Source of the DNA: an uncultured Treponemataceae bacterium
Lineage (GTDB): Bacteria > Spirochaetota > Spirochaetia > Treponematales > Treponemataceae
DNA length: 60,180 nt
Assembly: GCA_964371295.1 (NCBI GenBank)
Contig: CAYJLT010000001.1
Location: 1-60,180, forward strand
Direction: 5' to 3'
Shown: piece by piece, positions 57,040 through 60,180 of the stretch
Numbering within the stretch: position 1 is the stretch's first letter
How the letters are laid out: the number at the start of each line of letters is the position of its first letter
Translations under genes and position numbers: made by a program
Notes under the pieces: model-generated
Databases searched by the model: none
What the model was told of the DNA's origin: nothing
What the model saw: only the letters and a program-made list of their open reading frames with translations

Positions 57040-57891
57040 ATGATCGACTTACACACACACTCAAGTGCATCAGACGGCTCATTATCTCCTAGTGACCTTA
57101 TTGCATATGCTGCTACAAAAGGGCTCAGCACCATCGCCCTTACGGACCATGATACAATTGGAGGTCTTGCGGAAGCTCAAGAAGCTGCAAAGAAAAACAA
57201 CGTTAACTTTATTCCTGGCATCGAATTAAATATTCAATGGACCTCAGGAGAGTTTCACCTACTTGGTCTCGGAATAAAATTTCCGAGTACTTCTCTACTA
57301 GATATTATCGCATTTTTAGACAAAGCTCGCAATACACGAAACACTGAAATTGTAAAAAAAATGCAAACTTATGGCATAAATACCTCACTAAAGGAACTAA
57401 AAGAGCTTTTTTCAACCGAATCTTTAGGAAGGCCGCATATTGCAGATTATTTAGTGTCAAAAAAAATTGTTAAGAATCGGCAACAAGCCTTTGATAAGTT
57501 TTTAGCGCGAAACAAATCCTTTTATGTTCCAAGGGTAGGAGCAAATCTCGATGAAGCCATCACTGCAATAAAAGATAGTGGTGGCATTCCTATCCTTGCA
57601 CACCCTTTATCATTGTATCTTTCTTGGGGTAAAATAGAAGACGTTTTACAGAACATTTTTGACAGAGGCGTTGAAGGCCTTGAAGCTTGGCACCCAGGTG
57701 TTAGAGTTGTCGAAGCGAAGAGGCTTGAAGAAATGGCAAAGCGCATTGGCTTTTTTATAACCGCAGGAAGTGATTTTCACGGTGAACATGTTCGTGCAGA
57801 CAGAAAAATTGGAAGGACCAGTGGCGGGAAGAGCATTGACGAACGATTTTGGTTAGAAGAATTAAAACCAAAATTAATTTCTTTATCCTGA
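57040..57891 (+). CDS. PHP-domain phosphoesterase (TrpH/YciV-like)
   Basis: IDLHTHSSASDG, ALTDHDT, LAHP and GSDFHG histidinol-phosphatase-fold motifs. Confidence 0.88.
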   Translation: MIDLHTHSSASDGSLSPSDLIAYAATKGLSTIALTDHDTIGGLAEAQEAAKKNNVNFIPGIELNIQWTSGEFHLLGLGIKFPSTSLLDIIAFLDKARNTRNTEIVKKMQTYGINTSLKELKELFSTESLGRPHIADYLVSKKIVKNRQQAFDKFLARNKSFYVPRVGANLDEAITAIKDSGGIPILAHPLSLYLSWGKIEDVLQNIFDRGVEGLEAWHPGVRVVEAKRLEEMAKRIGFFITAGSDFHGEHVRADRKIGRTSGGKSIDERFWLEELKPKLISLS

Positions 57892-57983
57892 TTTTCACCT
57901 TTATTTGTAAAAATTCCGAAATTTTCAATTTTTTTCTCTCTAAAATACTAATAATATTAGTATAGTTTTTTATTGGAGAAAAA

Positions 57984-59555
57984 ATGAAAGTAATTAGTTT
58001 TTCGCCCTTTGGGTATGAAGGTGCTTTAGTTTCCATTGAAGTTGATTTACGTCGAGGAATACCCCTCGTTGAAGTTGTAGGCCTTGCTGACAATGCTGTA
58101 AAAGAGGCTCGCGAAAGGATGCGTGCTGCGATACGAAATTCGGGCTTTGAATTTCCTCTCGAAAGGGTGTTAATAAGTTTGTCCCCTGCAGATGTAAAAA
58201 AAGAAGGAGCAGGCTTTGATTTAGCTATTGCCTTAGCGGTGCTACAAGAAAAATTAAAGGTAGATAACGCAGAAGGAGGTTTGCAAAGTTCCTTCCATGA
58301 AGACATAAGACTCCTTGTTATGGGTGAGCTCGAATTATCTGGCAAAGTACGCCCAGTACGGGGGGTACATGCGGCTTTGTCAACTTCGGCTGAACAAGGA
58401 ATACAAGTATGCATTATTCCAGAGGAAAATGCTCAAGAAGCGGCAGGGTTAAAAAACATTCGAATTTTTACGGTAAAAACCCTACAGGACACGTATCGAC
58501 TACTATTAAAACTACAATCAGAAAAATTTTTTGAAAAAATAATTGCAAAAGATGACTCTGCTGCTTTTGAAAAACCGAATGCTGAAGAGGTTATGTTTAA
58601 CTCTATAAAGGATGATTTTAATTACAGTAGCATAAAGGGGCAGCACTCTTTTTTAAGATCCTTGCAAGTTTCAGCAGCGGGGCTACATAATATAATAGCG
58701 TATGGTCCTCCAGGATGTGGAAAAACCCTAGCTCTGCAGCATTTTCAGTCACTTCTTCCTCTCCTTACTAATGAACAGGCTCTGCCTGTAACACGTATAT
58801 ACAGTTTAGCGGGAAAACTAAAGCCCGGTGAAAGCCTTATGACAGATCCTCCTTTTAGGATGCCTCACCAAAGCTCCAGTCTTGAAGGGATGATTGGCGG
58901 AGGTCCTTATTGTAGGCCTGGAGAAATATCTTTAGCTCATAATGGTATTTTATTTTTAGATGAAGCATCTGAATTTAGGGTTTCTGTATTGCAAACTCTT
59001 CGAGTTCCATTAGAAGATGGAAAAGTAACATTAAGTAGAGCTGGGCGGAGCACAGAATTTCCTGCAAGATTTCAACTTTTAATAGCATCAAACCCCTGCC
59101 CTTGCGGTAATTTTGGTTCCTCTGACAAGATATGCTTATGTAGTGCACGTGCAGTTGAACAATACTGGAGACGCTTTTCAGCTCCCCTTCTCGATAGGAT
59201 AGATATACGCGTTTCGCTCGAAAGAGCAAATTTAGAAGAACAGAATGAACAAATAATAAGCACTGAGTTTTTGAGAAAAGATATAAAAACAGCAACCGAA
59301 ATTCAAAGATCACGGCAAGGAAAAGCTAATAGCCATTTAAATGTTTCGGAAATAAAAAAGTATTGCTCTCTAGAAAAGAGCATAGAAAACTACTTGCACA
59401 CAGAATCTTTGCGCTACGGCTTTTCAGCGCGAGGCTTGCATTCTTGCGTAAAAGTAGCCCGAACCATTGCCGACATGAGTGCTTGCAAATCTATTACTCT
59501 TGAACATCTGCAAGAAGCTGTTTTGCTTCACAAAAATGAAGGTCTCATGTTTTAG
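57984..59555 (+). CDS. comM: YifB/ComM-family Mg-chelatase-like AAA+ ATPase
   Basis: N-terminal Lon-protease-like domain, Walker A GPPGCGKT, Walker B GILFLDE, and a C-terminal ChlI-like region. GGAG lies 6 nt before the ATG. Confidence 0.92.
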   Translation: MKVISFSPFGYEGALVSIEVDLRRGIPLVEVVGLADNAVKEARERMRAAIRNSGFEFPLERVLISLSPADVKKEGAGFDLAIALAVLQEKLKVDNAEGGLQSSFHEDIRLLVMGELELSGKVRPVRGVHAALSTSAEQGIQVCIIPEENAQEAAGLKNIRIFTVKTLQDTYRLLLKLQSEKFFEKIIAKDDSAAFEKPNAEEVMFNSIKDDFNYSSIKGQHSFLRSLQVSAAGLHNIIAYGPPGCGKTLALQHFQSLLPLLTNEQALPVTRIYSLAGKLKPGESLMTDPPFRMPHQSSSLEGMIGGGPYCRPGEISLAHNGILFLDEASEFRVSVLQTLRVPLEDGKVTLSRAGRSTEFPARFQLLIASNPCPCGNFGSSDKICLCSARAVEQYWRRFSAPLLDRIDIRVSLERANLEEQNEQIISTEFLRKDIKTATEIQRSRQGKANSHLNVSEIKKYCSLEKSIENYLHTESLRYGFSARGLHSCVKVARTIADMSACKSITLEHLQEAVLLHKNEGLMF

Positions 59556-60180
59556 GTAGTTTCGATGAAATTAGCCCCAAGAGCATTCATTGTTTCAAAA
59601 AAATGCGGAAAAGATACTTCATAACATTCAAAGTCTTTTATAAAAATTTCTTCTCCTTCTGGTAACCCTAACGCTAAACATGAAAAGGACATTGCCACTC
59701 GATGGTCATGATGGCTCTCTATTGTTCCTCCATGTAGCGCAAAATTTTTATTATTTGTACCATCAGGTGCTATTGGCGACTGCCCCTCTATTACTAAGGA
59801 ATCCTGCCCCTCAGTAATTGTTGCTCCAAGTTTAGACAGCTCCTTTGTCATTACTGTTAACCTATCTGTTTCTTTTTTTCTACAGACCCCTACATCTTCT
59901 AAAATAATTCTCCCCTCCACAAAGCAAGCAATTGCAGCAAGCGCGCATACTGCATCTGGGTATCCAGAACAGTTTATACGAAGCTCTTCTTTTTCCTGTT
60001 GGACAGCAAGCCTGCCTTCTATCCAGCCATTTTTTTCATTGTGGATAGTAGAATGCAGGCCTCCTCGTATTGTAAGAGTTTTGTCATTTGTATTTAATTC
60101 AATATCTGCTCCGATTGATTGTAAGACTTCAACAATTGCATCATCACCTTGTGTTCCAGAAGTATCTATCTTCTCAATAA
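59552..60180 (-). CDS. aroA: 3-phosphoshikimate 1-carboxyvinyltransferase, 3' part (truncated by the window edge)
   Basis: HHDHRVAMSFSCLAL and KETDRL motifs. I translated the frame upstream of the ORF-track start (a GTG at 59920), and it stays open to 60180 (IEKIDTSGTQGDDAIVEVL...). Confidence 0.88.
   Translation of the reverse strand, partial: IEKIDTSGTQGDDAIVEVLQSIGADIELNTNDKTLTIRGGLHSTIHNEKNGWIEGRLAVQQEKEELRINCSGYPDAVCALAAIACFVEGRIILEDVGVCRKKETDRLTVMTKELSKLGATITEGQDSLVIEGQSPIAPDGTNNKNFALHGGTIESHHDHRVAMSFSCLALGLPEGEEIFIKDFECYEVSFPHFFETMNALGANFIETT

Noticed and set aside
57946-57962. 17-nt palindrome TACTAATA-a-TATTAGTA overlapping the putative comM -10 element.
   Set aside because: It is almost purely A/T with 8-nt arms, so it is plausible by chance in AT-rich promoter DNA. 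No second copy or partner regulator is evident.
1-60180. A search for CRISPR arrays, tRNA, rRNA, tmRNA or SRP RNA genes, transposases, integrases, toxin-antitoxin pairs or known defence genes. This included treating the NYN protein and ComM as defence candidates.
   Set aside because: No spaced direct-repeat array was seen. No intergenic region has tRNA-like or conserved RNA motifs. Intergenic regions over 100 nt are AT-rich promoter regions. NYN and ComM sit among housekeeping genes with no mobile-element or island hallmarks.

Overview
The window is about 60 kb of AT-rich, tightly packed chromosomal DNA. I call about 50 protein-coding genes and find no rRNA, tRNA, CRISPR array, transposase, integrase or phage-like gene. 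Gene content is mostly housekeeping:
- Glycogen breakdown: glgX and glgP.
- Polyphosphate: ppx and ppk.
- tRNA and rRNA modification: mnmE, mnmG, tcdA, rsmI, a TrmH-like methyltransferase and a U32-family protein.
- One-carbon, methionine and aromatic metabolism: fhs, metA and aroA.
- Envelope, motility and signalling: lspA, a PAP2 phosphatase, a lipoprotein cluster, a Lol-like ABC module, flgM, a chemoreceptor, and PilZ, HDOD and cNMP-binding proteins.

This mix fits a motile, diderm, low-GC anaerobe, possibly a Treponema-like spirochete. That taxonomic guess is an inference from gene content, not from a search.

I see no obvious defence island or mobile element. The candidates for something new are, in order:
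1. A five-gene module encoding a LolA-like carrier, an orphan beta-barrel and a LolCDE-type ABC transporter (12189-17209).
2. A circularly permuted amino-acid-binding protein (11281-12057).
3. A recurring promoter layout in which an extended -10 element (TGnTAnnnT) sits 6-9 nt from an ATG that has no Shine-Dalgarno. This predicts leaderless mRNAs for at least seven genes.
4. A 550-nt AT-rich divergent intergenic region bounded by 30-nt direct repeats that carry tandem TGTGGAAAA 9-mers (19148-19699).
5. An iron-alcohol-dehydrogenase homologue that has lost its metal ligands, located just downstream of flgM (37818-38966).
6. A B12-type radical SAM gene paired with a large membrane protein (6374-9709), and a three-lipoprotein operon (3264-6313).

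Every functional call rests on motifs read by eye in the supplied translations. No database search, alignment or statistic was run.
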